Origin: an uncultured Chthonomonadaceae bacterium | GTDB lineage: Bacteria; Armatimonadota; Chthonomonadetes; Chthonomonadales; Chthonomonadaceae | Assembly: GCA_963817895.1 (NCBI GenBank) | Contig: CAWFQB010000002.1 | Coordinates: 608,001 to 672,000 of the forward strand | Length of the DNA stretch: 64,000 nt | Reading direction: 5' to 3' | Shown here: positions 1 to 9,847 of the stretch, piece by piece | Layout: each line of letters begins with the position of its first letter | Numbering within the stretch: the stretch's first letter is position 1 | Notes under the pieces: model-generated | Databases searched by the model: none | What the model was told of the DNA's origin: nothing | What the model saw: the letters and a program-made list of their open reading frames with translations, nothing else | Made by a program: the position numbers and the translations under genes

Positions 1-91
1 CAGTTCAGTTCCTATTGTCTATTCTGCATTGGCGGTAGAATTCCTCTAATAACCTTCATGCGCTACCACATCGTCAAGGGTGAACAGTTAG

Positions 92-269
92 GTAGGGGCG
101 CTGCTTGCTGCGCCCTCTGCAAACTTGCTGCGCCCTCTGCAAACTTGCTGCGCCCTCTGCAAACTTGCTGCGCCCTCTGCAAACTTGCTGCGCCCTCTGC
201 AAACTTGCTGCGCCCTCTGCAAACTTGCTGCGCCTTGATTGAGGAGGGTTCAGCAAGCAGAACCCCTAC
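92..269. repeat. GTAG-type REP doublet (REPIN-like) with an internal 20-bp tandem array
   Basis: GTAGGGGCGCTGCTTGCTGCGCCCT (92-116) and an inverted partner (245-269, rc GTAGGGGTTCTGCTTGCTGAACCCT); six identical CTTGCTGCGCCCTCTGCAAA units at 104-223 plus a partial unit. Confidence 0.85.
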
Positions 270-326
270 AACCTACCCTACCATTCTACTTTGACGGTGT
301 AGTACGCACAATTTTGCGCATGAGTA

Positions 327-374
327 GCCCTTCTCCTGGCGCGTTGCGCGGCCAGGAGAGGGGTTGGGGTGAGG
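327..374. repeat. CCCTTCTCC...GGAGAGGGG..GGGGTGAGG palindromic intergenic repeat
   Basis: Hairpin plus G-rich tail; closely similar copy at 39999-40046 and related copy at 10272-10313. Confidence 0.75.
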
Positions 375-458
375 CGCATAAAGAAGGAAACAGCAGAGGC
401 AACGTCCAATTTGACAAACATTATAACACTCCAAAATGAGAACGGGAAGAACGAACCT

Positions 459-1845
459 ATGCGTGTGCTGATTACCGGAAGCGATATCCGACAAGCGCAA
501 ATGGCTCTGCCTGCGCTAAAAGCCGAGCATGAAGTCATCGCCCTAAACGAAGATGCGCTGCTGAAACCGGCGCGACTGGAAGCGGAACTGGCAGGCATTG
601 ACGTTGTGCTGCATCTTGCGCCCCTTTTGCCGATTACAGACGAGCGGCGCGCGTTTGATCTGGCGACGCGGGGAACGTACAACCTGATGAAAGCCGCGAT
701 TGATGCGGGCGTTCGGCGCGTGGTTGTGGGCAGTACGCTGGACTTGTTTGACGCGCGTTCCCATTTCGTGGAGGGTGACGGAGGGCTGGCGTCCGCGTCC
801 CTGCCCCATTCCCGAACATCTGGTTCCCCTGCTGGCGGAACAGTCGGTACGCGAATCAGCGCGGGGCGTGAATATGCCGGGCGTGTGCCTGCGTTTCGGA
901 ACAGCCTCGGAGGAAGAAACGGCGGAACATATTCGCGATGCTGTTTGTTCTGTCGGCAATCATCGTCCGTTCTGGCGGGTTCGGCACGTTGGACACCGGA
1001 CGGGAACCCGGCAGGACGATGGCCGGAGTTGGCAGGAGATACTCGGCCCGGAACAACCCATAGCCTCGCGCCCGATTTGCAACGTTGTCGTTTTCGGCGC
1101 GGGCGGGCCGGTGGCTGCGGACGCCGCGCAGATGTTGAAGGCTGCGTATACGCTTCGCCTGACAGACCTGCGCCCATTAGAAGACATTGCGCGGGAAGCG
1201 AAACCGCAATCCGAATACGCGCCTCTCCCTGTTCCGCTCGGCTTACCGCATGAAAACCGCGTCGTAGATGTCCGCAACTATGACGAGGTAGACGCCGCCT
1301 GCGAGGGCATGGACGCCATTGTAAACTGTACCGTTGTACGGCACGACCCCGAAGACGCGTTTCACGTCAATACGTGGGGCGCGTACAATATTGCCCGCGC
1401 CGCCGCCAAACATCAAATACGGCGGGTTGCGCATACCGGCCCGCAAATGGTAGCCCTGACGCATGAAACAGGCTACTGGGGTGACGAAGAGGTTCCCGGT
1501 AACGCCCCGCCCCGCGTGGGAACGCACCTGTACGGACACAGCAAGTTTTTGGGGCAGGAGATTTTGCGCGCGTTTGCCGAATTCTACGGACTGGAAGTTC
1601 CCGTGCTGCTGTATAACATTTTCGTCGCGCCCGACAAACCGTTCGGCATGGATCAGTTCGCCGTCAGTTGGCGGGACTCGTCCCGCGCCCTTTGCGCCGC
1701 GCTGAATGTGGCGTCCCTGCCTCGGCCTTATGAGATCATGAACATCTCCGCCGACCTGCCGCATGGCCGCTTTCTGCCAACCCGCGCCGAAGAACTGCTC
1801 GGCTGGAAACCGCTGGACGACCTGCATCAGAACTGGCGCGGGTAA
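459..1845 (+). CDS. NAD-dependent epimerase/dehydratase with two tandem SDR domains (frameshift near 760)
   Basis: MRVLITG start and GTYNLMKAA in ORF 369..1253; continues in ORF 700..1845 with VVVFGAGG and YGHSK (YxxxK). Confidence 0.75.
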
Positions 1846-1865
1846 AGAACAAATACGAACTTAGC

Positions 1866-1895
1866 CGCGAATGAACGCGAATGAACGCGAATAAA
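1866..1895. repeat. 10-bp tandem repeat CGCGAATGAA x3
   Basis: Read directly from the sequence; intergenic. Confidence 0.7.
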
Positions 1896-1926
1896 TGCAA
1901 TTGCGGCTTAAACAGGAGGCGCGAAG

Positions 1927-2355
1927 ATGGAATCGAAGACGACGGGTAAGCGGATTGTCACTAAGGGCGCGTATGCGCGAGTTCAGATCAACAAGTATTG
2001 GGGATGGGTACAGACCGCAAGTTCGTTTTTATTATGTATTGCGATACTTTTCGTTATTATACAGGACACAGAGCATAATTTTGGGTTGAGCCATATAATC
2101 CGAGAGCTGCTATTAGTTGTATTTGCAGTTTCGCTGTATCACGTTGCGGTATGTCAACTAAAGCGTACCCTTGCCATTAAACCTGTTGTTCCCCTCACCC
2201 GTGCCAATACTGGCAGCCTACCCACCTCTGACAGTCTGGTACGCGCTTCGGAGGAACCGATGCAGGCACAGAAAGCCGCGTTGCTCCGCGCTGCCGCAGC
2301 AACACAGGAAATGCCACCTGACCAACTTGTGCGGGCGGTGAACGGGCAGGAATAG
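1927..2355 (+). CDS. Hypothetical membrane protein (2 TM)
   Basis: AGGAGG RBS, two hydrophobic segments, Ala-rich C-terminus LVRASEEP...LLRAA. Confidence 0.7.
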   Translation: MESKTTGKRIVTKGAYARVQINKYWGWVQTASSFLLCIAILFVIIQDTEHNFGLSHIIRELLLVVFAVSLYHVAVCQLKRTLAIKPVVPLTRANTGSLPTSDSLVRASEEPMQAQKAALLRAAAATQEMPPDQLVRAVNGQE

Positions 2356-2365
2356 AGGCAGGCAC

Positions 2366-3373
2366 ATGAAAGTTTTAATTATTGGCGGCACGGGACTGAT
2401 TAGTACAGGCATTACCCGCCTGCTGCTGGAACGCGGCGATGCGGTGACGCACTACAACCGGGGGCAGCGTTCACAGGAGTTTGCGGGACGGGTGACAACC
2501 GTTCCGGGGAATCGGTACGCCCATGCCGCGTTCGAGGCGCAGATGGCGAAACGGCCCCGTTTCGATGCGGTTGTGGATATGATCGGTTACGCGCCTGAAG
2601 ACGTGGAAAGCCTGTTGCGGGCGTTCGGCGACAAGTGCGGGCATCTGGTTTTTTGCAGCACGGTAGACGTGTACGCCCGTCCCGCGTCCCGTTACCCGGT
2701 GACGGAATCGGAACCGTTTCGTCCGACAAGCTGGGAGTACGCGCAAAAGAAAGCGGCCTGCGAAGCTCTTTTGTGGGAGTGGCAGGCGCGGGACCGGCAG
2801 CCGTTTACCGTAATCCGCCCCGTCCACACCTACAGCGAACAGGGCGCAATCGTGCATAGTTTCGGGAGCGCGAATTATCATCTGGACAGGTTGAAAAAGG
2901 GCAAGCCCATCATCGTACATGGCGACGGTAGCAGTTTGTGGTCGTCCGTACATCGAGACGACGCCGCGCCCGCCTTTGTCAACGCGCTGGGCAATCCGGC
3001 CACGTTCGGTAAAAGCTACCATCTGCCCGGCGACGAGTGCATTACGTGGAAACAGTACCACGAACAGGTTGCTGAAGGTATCGGCGCGCCACCGCCCCAA
3101 TTCGTTGCCATTCCTACCGATGTGTTGTACCGGATGGACAAGCGGGCGTATATCTCTGCCATCAACTTCGCGTACAACAACTGCTTCGATCCCACTGCGG
3201 CCAAAACCGATTTAGGATTCCGCTATACCATTTCTATCGCGCAGGGCGCAAAGCAAATTTATGAGTGGCTGACCGCCAACAACAGACTGCAAAACAGCGA
3301 CGACGTGACGGCAGACGATCAAATTATTGCCGCGTGGGAACAGGCGCGACAGCATTTGCCATCTTCAATTTAG
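2366..3373 (+). CDS. NAD-dependent epimerase/dehydratase family protein
   Basis: MKVLIIGGTGLIS Rossmann motif, STVDVY, YAQKK. Confidence 0.9.
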   Translation: MKVLIIGGTGLISTGITRLLLERGDAVTHYNRGQRSQEFAGRVTTVPGNRYAHAAFEAQMAKRPRFDAVVDMIGYAPEDVESLLRAFGDKCGHLVFCSTVDVYARPASRYPVTESEPFRPTSWEYAQKKAACEALLWEWQARDRQPFTVIRPVHTYSEQGAIVHSFGSANYHLDRLKKGKPIIVHGDGSSLWSSVHRDDAAPAFVNALGNPATFGKSYHLPGDECITWKQYHEQVAEGIGAPPPQFVAIPTDVLYRMDKRAYISAINFAYNNCFDPTAAKTDLGFRYTISIAQGAKQIYEWLTANNRLQNSDDVTADDQIIAAWEQARQHLPSSI

Positions 3374-3384
3374 CGCGTCTCATG

Positions 3385-4233
3385 TCAGTCTTGTTCAACG
3401 AACTGCCAATCATCCGCCAAAGTTATCTGAAAATTCAGGTTATGAAAGCTGCGCGGAACCTCGGTTGCTTTGCATTTGCCGAAGCCGATACCACGAGGGG
3501 CGCCGTCCGAGCCAATCCAAAAACACACAACGCCATTGCTGTCGCGTTCGGCAAGTGTGACGGTATAGAAGCCGACGCGAACAGGCTTTGTCGGCACATC
3601 GCCGCGCTCTATTCGTTGCGCCAGTTGCTCGAACTGTGTTCGCTGCAACGCAAAAATCAAGCGCATCGGCCAGTAGGTATCAGGCATCAGGAACACCGCG
3701 CCCAATATGGCAAGCCAGCAAACCCCCAACAGGCTCAGGCAGGGCCTACTCCACGCCTTCTTACCCGAACGCAACACGATAAACCAGACAATACCAAGAA
3801 ACAGGGTGAGAATACCAAGCAGAAAACCGCCTGCCGCTGTTGCGGTCGCTGACTCGCCAAGCGCGGTGAAGCACGTAAGCCACGCAATGCTTTGCAGGTC
3901 AATGCCGGTACACAGCGCCAACAGTCCAATGTCTATTCGCCGCAGCCATACGTTTGCCGCAAAAGATGTTGCGCCGGGATAGGTTTGCGCTTCAACAGGT
4001 AACATGGTTTTCCTCTCGTGATCCATCGCATCCATTTGCGCGTTGAACTCGCGCAGTTTGCGCCGACGTTCCTCCGGCCCAAGATGCGCCCACAAGCGGA
4101 AGAAGACCCGCAACGCAGCCACTATCCACTGCGCAAACCAGAGTTGAAGAGCATCTTCGTATTTTTTGCGCTTCCACGACTTCATCTGTTCGCGTTTCTC
4201 CAACTTGTATGCTTCTGCTGTGAAAGCAGGCAT
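3385..4233 (-). CDS. Hypothetical multi-TM membrane protein
   Basis: 282-aa ORF with about 3 hydrophobic helices; co-directional with upstream genes. Confidence 0.6.
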   Translation of the reverse strand: MPAFTAEAYKLEKREQMKSWKRKKYEDALQLWFAQWIVAALRVFFRLWAHLGPEERRRKLREFNAQMDAMDHERKTMLPVEAQTYPGATSFAANVWLRRIDIGLLALCTGIDLQSIAWLTCFTALGESATATAAGGFLLGILTLFLGIVWFIVLRSGKKAWSRPCLSLLGVCWLAILGAVFLMPDTYWPMRLIFALQRTQFEQLAQRIERGDVPTKPVRVGFYTVTLAERDSNGVVCFWIGSDGAPRGIGFGKCKATEVPRSFHNLNFQITLADDWQFVEQD

Positions 4234-4248
4234 TTACGCGGCGTGAAG

Positions 4249-4587
4249 CTATTCGTTCTTTGGTTCGCGTTGCTCCAAGCGTTTTCGCAACTCCTCATTT
4301 TCGCGCTGTAGTGTTTCCAGTTGTTCCCGCAAGGTGTTGTTTTCCGGTTCAGGCTGTGAAGGGCCGGGGAGCAACAGGCGATCTGAACGCAGCACGATGT
4401 TCTCCAAACGCAACCGTTGCATTTCGCGTTCGCTTTCGGCTTTATCCCGCTCCCGCTCGAAATCATGCGCAAGTTGTCGCGCGATCTCATAAAGTTCGGT
4501 AAACTTCTGGTTGAGTTCCTTGATTTCCTGCCGCAACTCTTTAGTAGCGTCTTCCTGTTTCTGAACTCGTTGGGTCAAGGTAGCCAC
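4249..4587 (-). CDS. Hypothetical coiled-coil protein
   Basis: Heptad-like charged sequence (ELRQEIKELNQKF; LREQLETLQRENEELRKRLEQ). Confidence 0.7.
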   Translation of the reverse strand: MATLTQRVQKQEDATKELRQEIKELNQKFTELYEIARQLAHDFERERDKAESEREMQRLRLENIVLRSDRLLLPGPSQPEPENNTLREQLETLQRENEELRKRLEQREPKNE

Positions 4588-4624
4588 TTTTGTGGCGTAC
4601 TCTACAAATTGCTTTCACATCAGG

Positions 4625-4850
4625 TTATCCCGCTCTTTTCAGTCGGTTCATCTGCTCTCTCAATTGCGCGAGAGTGACTTCGGAACGCGCTTTGATAACC
4701 TGTCTTTCCGCTTTCAGACGCTCACTTTCCGCCTCATCTCTGTCCATAAGTTCTTCGAGTTCGGTTGATCTCAACAAGCAACTGTGTGGCAATGGCTTCG
4801 TATTCCGCTTTGGACTTGTGTTTTGGCTTGGTTAGTACGGTTACGCTCAT
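4625..4850 (-). CDS. Small coiled-coil protein, frameshifted (not in the ORF track)
   Basis: ATG at 4850 (MSVTVLTKPK), then AEYEAIATQLLVEIN and ELEELMDRDEAESERLKAERQVIKARSEVTLAQLREQMNRLKRAG* in shifted frames. Confidence 0.45.
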
Positions 4851-5042
4851 GGTTCTGCGCCTTTATTGAGTTGACATAGCATCAGAATTGGGTAGGATGC
4901 TGCGTTCATCGTTAGCCAATGCATCCGCTTGCATAGTGGATCAATGCAAGCAAAAGGGAGGGCAGATAACTGCGCTCTCTTTAATTATACACCGGAACCT
5001 TCCCGCATCGAATACGTTTGTATGAACTTGTATTGTCCGCTT

Positions 5043-5585
5043 TCAGACACGTTCCAGCGGTTGATGGGGTTCCGGCGGCAGGACAACGCAGATACTATCG
5101 CCGGGACATACTTCGCCATCCGTAAGAACAATGCCCATAATGCCCGCTTTGCGAATCAGATTGCCCGCTTCGTCCCGGTCTAAGGTTGCCGCCATCAAAC
5201 CCGGCTGAAAATTGTCCAACTGCGAACAGGGATTGCGCAGCCCCGTCACTTCGACAACAGCCGTATCGCCAAGATGCAGGCGCGTTCCTTTCGGCAATCC
5301 GAGCAAATCAAGGCCGCGCGTCGTGATGTTTTCGCCCATGTCTCCGGCGGATACCGCAAACTCGGCGTCTCGTAATTCGTCGTGCAGTTCGGCGTGTATC
5401 AAATGTATCTGCCGCAAATTGGGCTGTGTTGGGTCTTGCGCCACCCTCGAACGATGCTTCACCGTTGCGCCACAATGCGCGTCCCCCTCCACGCCAAAAC
5501 CACGCAGTACACGAATACCGCTTTGGTTCTCCTTGCTGAACGTGTGCGTAGTCTTGCGGCTTACCGTTACCACTATGGCGCTCAT
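5043..5585 (-). CDS. MOSC domain protein (YiiM-like)
   Basis: GVEGDAH, GENITTRG, EVTGLRNPC, GDSI motifs. Confidence 0.9.
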   Translation of the reverse strand: MSAIVVTVSRKTTHTFSKENQSGIRVLRGFGVEGDAHCGATVKHRSRVAQDPTQPNLRQIHLIHAELHDELRDAEFAVSAGDMGENITTRGLDLLGLPKGTRLHLGDTAVVEVTGLRNPCSQLDNFQPGLMAATLDRDEAGNLIRKAGIMGIVLTDGEVCPGDSICVVLPPEPHQPLERV

Positions 5586-6376
5586 CGAATATCACTCCTA
5601 TGAGCAGCGCCAATGGCAATCATTTCAAATGCCGAGGCATAGTATTGATTTACATCCTTCAACACGTTTTCCGCATCAGCGCGAGGATCAACCTTAGAGG
5701 CAAACCATTGAGAAAACGTTACCATACACTCCTCATCAGCATTGCTCATGATTTCACTTGCCCAAAGAGTGTACTGAAGGTTAAATCTTTGTAAATCTTC
5801 CTTTGGATGAAAGCCGTGCCTCTGACAAAAATCTTGATAATCCTGTTTGAACACTCCGTTAGCAACCTTGTTCCACATGAAAGCTGTATCATATATCGGG
5901 AATAAACTGGGATTGAAAAAGTGCAGGAACTTGGAAACCGCCATCCACGGATAAACGGTTGGATAACGCAGTGTAGGCTTAATCTTACCGATGCTGGTCA
6001 AACAAGCCTCGACTTTGTGGTTGCTGGCACTGTTGATGAGGTTAGCAGAGGTAAGCGAAGATGAGCGTGAACAAAGTTCACACTCATTTGTTAAAACTTG
6101 GAAAGTTTCTTCAGCACTCCAACATGGACCCGCAGCATTGCGAAATACCTGCCAACCTGAGCGTAAACTTTCATAGATATGGCTGAACGCTTCCTGACTT
6201 TCTGGTTTGTTACCTTTCGCCGCAAAAGCCGTTTTCGCCTGGTTGTAGAGATACAACTTATGACTAAGGCTCCAGCCTGTGGGAACGGTCGAATGGTAGG
6301 AGTCTAGAGCTTGTTTGGTATATGGCGCAGTATAAAAATGTGCTAATCTCATTTCTCTCCATTCTACAAGCGGCAC
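5582..6376 (-). CDS. AT-rich hypothetical protein with an SKFLHFFNPSLFPIYD motif (HhH/DUF6308-like); start may be 6352
   Basis: 264-aa ORF with ATGA overlap to the MOSC gene; lower GC than its flanks. Confidence 0.6.
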   Translation of the reverse strand: MPLVEWREMRLAHFYTAPYTKQALDSYHSTVPTGWSLSHKLYLYNQAKTAFAAKGNKPESQEAFSHIYESLRSGWQVFRNAAGPCWSAEETFQVLTNECELCSRSSSLTSANLINSASNHKVEACLTSIGKIKPTLRYPTVYPWMAVSKFLHFFNPSLFPIYDTAFMWNKVANGVFKQDYQDFCQRHGFHPKEDLQRFNLQYTLWASEIMSNADEECMVTFSQWFASKVDPRADAENVLKDVNQYYASAFEMIAIGAAHRSDIR

Positions 6377-6509
6377 TCCCTGTTTTGCTACACCATGTAC
6401 ACACGATAGTTCTAACGCTCATGTCCATTATAGAGGAACAACGAGAGGTTGTCAATAGTTTTGACATACGTATTCAACGCTTGGTCACGATGAGAGGGTA
6501 ACAATATAG

Positions 6510-6770
6510 ATGGTACAAGAAATAGTTGGTGGCGAGGCTTATAAGTTTGAGCCGTTGGGCAAGTATGTGGTTCGCGCGGTTGGCGTATGTGGCGGACGCC
6601 CAACGTTCAAGTACACGCGGGTTGAAGTGGAAGGCATATTGGATCGTCTCGCGGCGGGTGAAAGCGTGGGAAGCATTGTTGCTGGGTTTGGCGGACGTAT
6701 CTCGCGTGAGGCCGTTTTAGAAGCCGTCCGAATTTCAGACAATGTTTTCGCAATCAGGCGGGTAGAATGA
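6510..6770 (+). CDS. DUF433 family antitoxin-like protein
   Basis: VCGGRPTFKYTRVEVEGILDRLAAGES...ISREAVLEA pattern. Confidence 0.85.
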   Translation: MVQEIVGGEAYKFEPLGKYVVRAVGVCGGRPTFKYTRVEVEGILDRLAAGESVGSIVAGFGGRISREAVLEAVRISDNVFAIRRVE

Positions 6771-6880
6771 GGATATTGTTTTCATTCTTCACTTGCGATA
6801 AGCAGGCGAACACTGTCTTCCAAGTAACTCCCGGTCACGGGAGTTACTTTTGGAGTGACCTTGCTCCGCAATTGGGGATG

Positions 6881-6970
6881 CTGAACCATGATTTTTATGA
6901 TTTCAGGATTAACATGATTGAGTACACGCGCCATCATGGTAATCCTTTAATCACATAAATCATGGTTCAG
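6881..6970. repeat. GAACCATGATTT...AAATCATGGTTC palindromic element, copy 1
   Basis: 14-bp terminal IR with 9-bp periodic interior; homologous to 35838-35942 and 47332-47456. Confidence 0.8.
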
Positions 6971-7002
6971 ACAGTCTACTTGGGGAAGGTAGCGCACACG
7001 GC

Positions 7003-8730
7003 ATGAGCCTGTTACTTGACGGAACTATTATTCTGCTCTACTTCGCCCTGATTACCTATGTCGGGCTGGCGATGGGGAAGCGCGAAAACACCCTGAGCGA
7101 TTTCGCGCTTGGCGGGCGCAACATTCCGTGGTGGGCGGTGATGGCGTCCATTATCGCGGCGGAAACCAGCGCGGCCACGTTTCTGGGCGCTCCTGGCGAG
7201 GGCTACGACAAGCGCAGTCTCGCGTATGTGCAGCTTGTCATGGGTGTGATTATCGGGCGGTTCCTCATCGGCAACTTCTTTCTCAAGCCGTACTACACCT
7301 ACAAAGTTTACACGGTCTACGATTATCTCGGCGTTCGGTTCGGGCCGCGCACCAAAAAGTACGTGTCCGGCCTGTTTCTCGTCATGCGGACTCTGGCGTC
7401 GGGGGCGCGGCTGTTCGTGCCGTCGCTTGTAATGGTACTGGTGTGGCGGTTGTTCACCAATGGCGGGAAGCCGGTCGCGTTCAGCCAGCAGGCCGTGAAC
7501 AGCGTCGCGCCGTATGTCGTCGCCATTGTCGCGCTGACGATTTTCACCTGCATCTATACGGCAATGGGCGGCATCAAAGCGGTCATCTGGACGGACGTGA
7601 TACAGGCGTGTCTGATGTTCGGCGGGGCGCTAGTCGCTATCGGGACGCTGCTGCATCACGTCGGCGGGTTCGAAGCCGTTGCCAGAGCTGTGCCGAACAT
7701 GACGCATGTGCAGGGCTACTTTCTGACCGGGTTGGAGTCGGATTCCGTGGCCGCGTGGCAAGCGAAAGAACACGTTGCCACAATGGGATTCTGGCAGTAC
7801 GTCCGGCTCGTTTTCGCCAGTGACTATACGCTGTTTTCCGCGCTCATCGCGTCCACGTTGGGCAACATGGCGGCGTTTGGCACGGATCAGGACATGGTTC
7901 AGCGGATGCTCACCGCGACAACCTATAAAAGCGCGCGGCGCAGCCTGCTCACCGCCGCCTTTATGGACATTCCCATTGCCGCCGCGTTTACGTTTATCGG
8001 CATTCTGTTGTATGTGTACTACCTGCAAGACCCGACGTACAAACCCGTCGCCAATTCCGACGTGTTCGGCGCATACATTCTGAATGTGATGCCGACTGGC
8101 ATACGCGGACTGGTGCTGGCGGGCGTGTTCGCAACCGCGATGGGTTCCCTTTCCGCCGCCCTCAACTCGCTGGCGACAAGCGCGACGAATGACTGGTACA
8201 TTCCCCGTGTTGCCGCGCGTCTGCCCCACGCGGATGAAGCGCAGTATGTGCGGGCGGCGCGGGGCTTTACACTGTTGTTCGCCGGATTGATGGTCTTGAT
8301 TGCCGTCGCGTTTGCCAAAGCCAAAGTGACCGACCCGAACATCCGCATCATTCCCGTCGTACTCGGAATTGCCGGATTTATTCTCGGCCCCATGCTCGGC
8401 GTGTTTCTCATCGGCATGTTCACGCGCAACCGGGGTTCGGACCGGGGCAATATTCTCGCCGTCACAATTGGCCTTGTGGCGACAACCATTTTGGGTCGCC
8501 TGCACATCACGCTTGCCAACACGTTCGCGCCCCTGTTCGGCCACGCGCCCACATTCGCCGCCCCCGACTGGCTGCCGCTAGTATCGTTTACATGGTTCGC
8601 CATGATTGGCGCGGTTGTCGTGTTCGGCGTAGGCGTGTGGTTCCGAACGCCGGAAAGTGTTCTGGAAGCGGCAAAACGCAGAGCCGCAGAAGCCGATGCA
8701 GGCGAAGACAAGCCGCTTGCTTTACGGTGA
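7003..8730 (+). CDS. Sodium:solute symporter family transporter
   Basis: LGGRNIPWWAV, GGIKAVIWTDVIQ, DQDMVQR; about 13-14 TM. Confidence 0.95.
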   Translation: MSLLLDGTIILLYFALITYVGLAMGKRENTLSDFALGGRNIPWWAVMASIIAAETSAATFLGAPGEGYDKRSLAYVQLVMGVIIGRFLIGNFFLKPYYTYKVYTVYDYLGVRFGPRTKKYVSGLFLVMRTLASGARLFVPSLVMVLVWRLFTNGGKPVAFSQQAVNSVAPYVVAIVALTIFTCIYTAMGGIKAVIWTDVIQACLMFGGALVAIGTLLHHVGGFEAVARAVPNMTHVQGYFLTGLESDSVAAWQAKEHVATMGFWQYVRLVFASDYTLFSALIASTLGNMAAFGTDQDMVQRMLTATTYKSARRSLLTAAFMDIPIAAAFTFIGILLYVYYLQDPTYKPVANSDVFGAYILNVMPTGIRGLVLAGVFATAMGSLSAALNSLATSATNDWYIPRVAARLPHADEAQYVRAARGFTLLFAGLMVLIAVAFAKAKVTDPNIRIIPVVLGIAGFILGPMLGVFLIGMFTRNRGSDRGNILAVTIGLVATTILGRLHITLANTFAPLFGHAPTFAAPDWLPLVSFTWFAMIGAVVVFGVGVWFRTPESVLEAAKRRAAEADAGEDKPLALR

Positions 8731-8804
8731 GTAAGAGCCGCGCGATTTATTCCCTGGTTGCTGACGCTATTTGAAGCAGATGACTGCAAAAAGTAAACAT
8801 TGGT

Positions 8805-8966
8805 TCATCGGCGCATCTCGGAAATGACGTCTGTTACAGAAAGCCCTTCCGGCCAGACTTTGCTGAGTTCATCTGCAAGTTGTTGGCGCTCTTTCTCCCA
8901 ATATGCTTGCGTGGTTTTCAAGCGTTGACGCGGTTCTTTAATCTCTTTGGAAGTTGTTTCTGCCAT
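8805..8966 (-). CDS. Small VapB-like antitoxin-type protein
   Basis: 53 aa ending WPEGLSVTDVISEMRR, resembling VapB C-termini. Confidence 0.5.
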   Translation of the reverse strand: MAETTSKEIKEPRQRLKTTQAYWEKERQQLADELSKVWPEGLSVTDVISEMRR

Positions 8967-9065
8967 AACTGAAGTATACTTGGAATCCAACATAGAATGG
9001 TATAGGCTGGTATAATGAACCTGTCTCTGAAAATGTAATCTCCTCGTTGAAGGGCAATCACTACC

Positions 9066-9842
9066 TTGCAGCCGGAAATTTCCTTATTTGATGGCAAAGT
9101 CTGTTCTCGCTGCAAGATTTGGCAGCCGTTCTGTAACTATTCCAAAGACAGTCAGAAGCTGGATGGTTTAAGGTACTTTTGTAAGACTTGCCGCAAGAAG
9201 GATAAGACGGATCCCGCTTATACAAAGGCTTACAACGAAGCGAACCCTGAAATTCGTAAAGCCGCGATGAAGAAATGGGCGGACGCGCATAAAAGTGAAC
9301 GCAATGAGTATAATCGTCAACGTTACCAAAATCCGAAGATAGCAGAGAAACTGCTTAACAGGGTTAAGAAGTATGCTGCTGCGCACAGGGAAGAACGCCT
9401 TCGATATGGCAGAAAATGGCGTGATAACCACAAAACCTTGATTGCGCAAAATCATAAGTCTTATTATCCGGGCTATTACTTCGCGCTAAAAGCATCGCCG
9501 GAAGAAGTTCGTAGGCTGTTGCCGAAATTCAAACATGCTTCTGATGCTGCAATACTGGATTGGCAGCATCGTCATAAAACGCAGGCTCGTCATCGAAAGT
9601 ACGCTTATCGCTCAAGGAGGCAATCCACCGATGGTAAGTTTACTAATCAAGAGTGGCAAGCATTATGCGTGGAGTTTGGGAGGCGCTGTCTTCGTTGTGG
9701 GGGACATGATGATCTGACAGCAGATCACATCATTCCACTCGTCTTGGGCGGCAGCAACGATATTTCAAATATTCAGCCACTTTGTAGATCATGCAATAGT
9801 TGGAAAAACAAAAGAACCATTGATTTTCGGAACATTGTTTAG
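9066..9842 (+). CDS. HNH endonuclease with N-terminal Cys4 zinc finger (phage-type)
   Basis: CSRC...DGLRYFCKTC; C-terminal CLRCG...DHIIPLVLGGSNDISNIQPLCRSCN. Confidence 0.9.
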   Translation: MQPEISLFDGKVCSRCKIWQPFCNYSKDSQKLDGLRYFCKTCRKKDKTDPAYTKAYNEANPEIRKAAMKKWADAHKSERNEYNRQRYQNPKIAEKLLNRVKKYAAAHREERLRYGRKWRDNHKTLIAQNHKSYYPGYYFALKASPEEVRRLLPKFKHASDAAILDWQHRHKTQARHRKYAYRSRRQSTDGKFTNQEWQALCVEFGRRCLRCGGHDDLTADHIIPLVLGGSNDISNIQPLCRSCNSWKNKRTIDFRNIV

Positions 9843-9847
9843 GAAGG

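Noticed and set aside
104..235. CRISPR array
   Set aside because: The units are contiguous identical 20-mers with no unique spacers, and there are no cas genes; it is a REP-derived tandem repeat
278..1177. 299-aa minus-strand ORF
   Set aside because: Antisense to the epimerase gene; Arg/Ser/Pro-rich shadow composition
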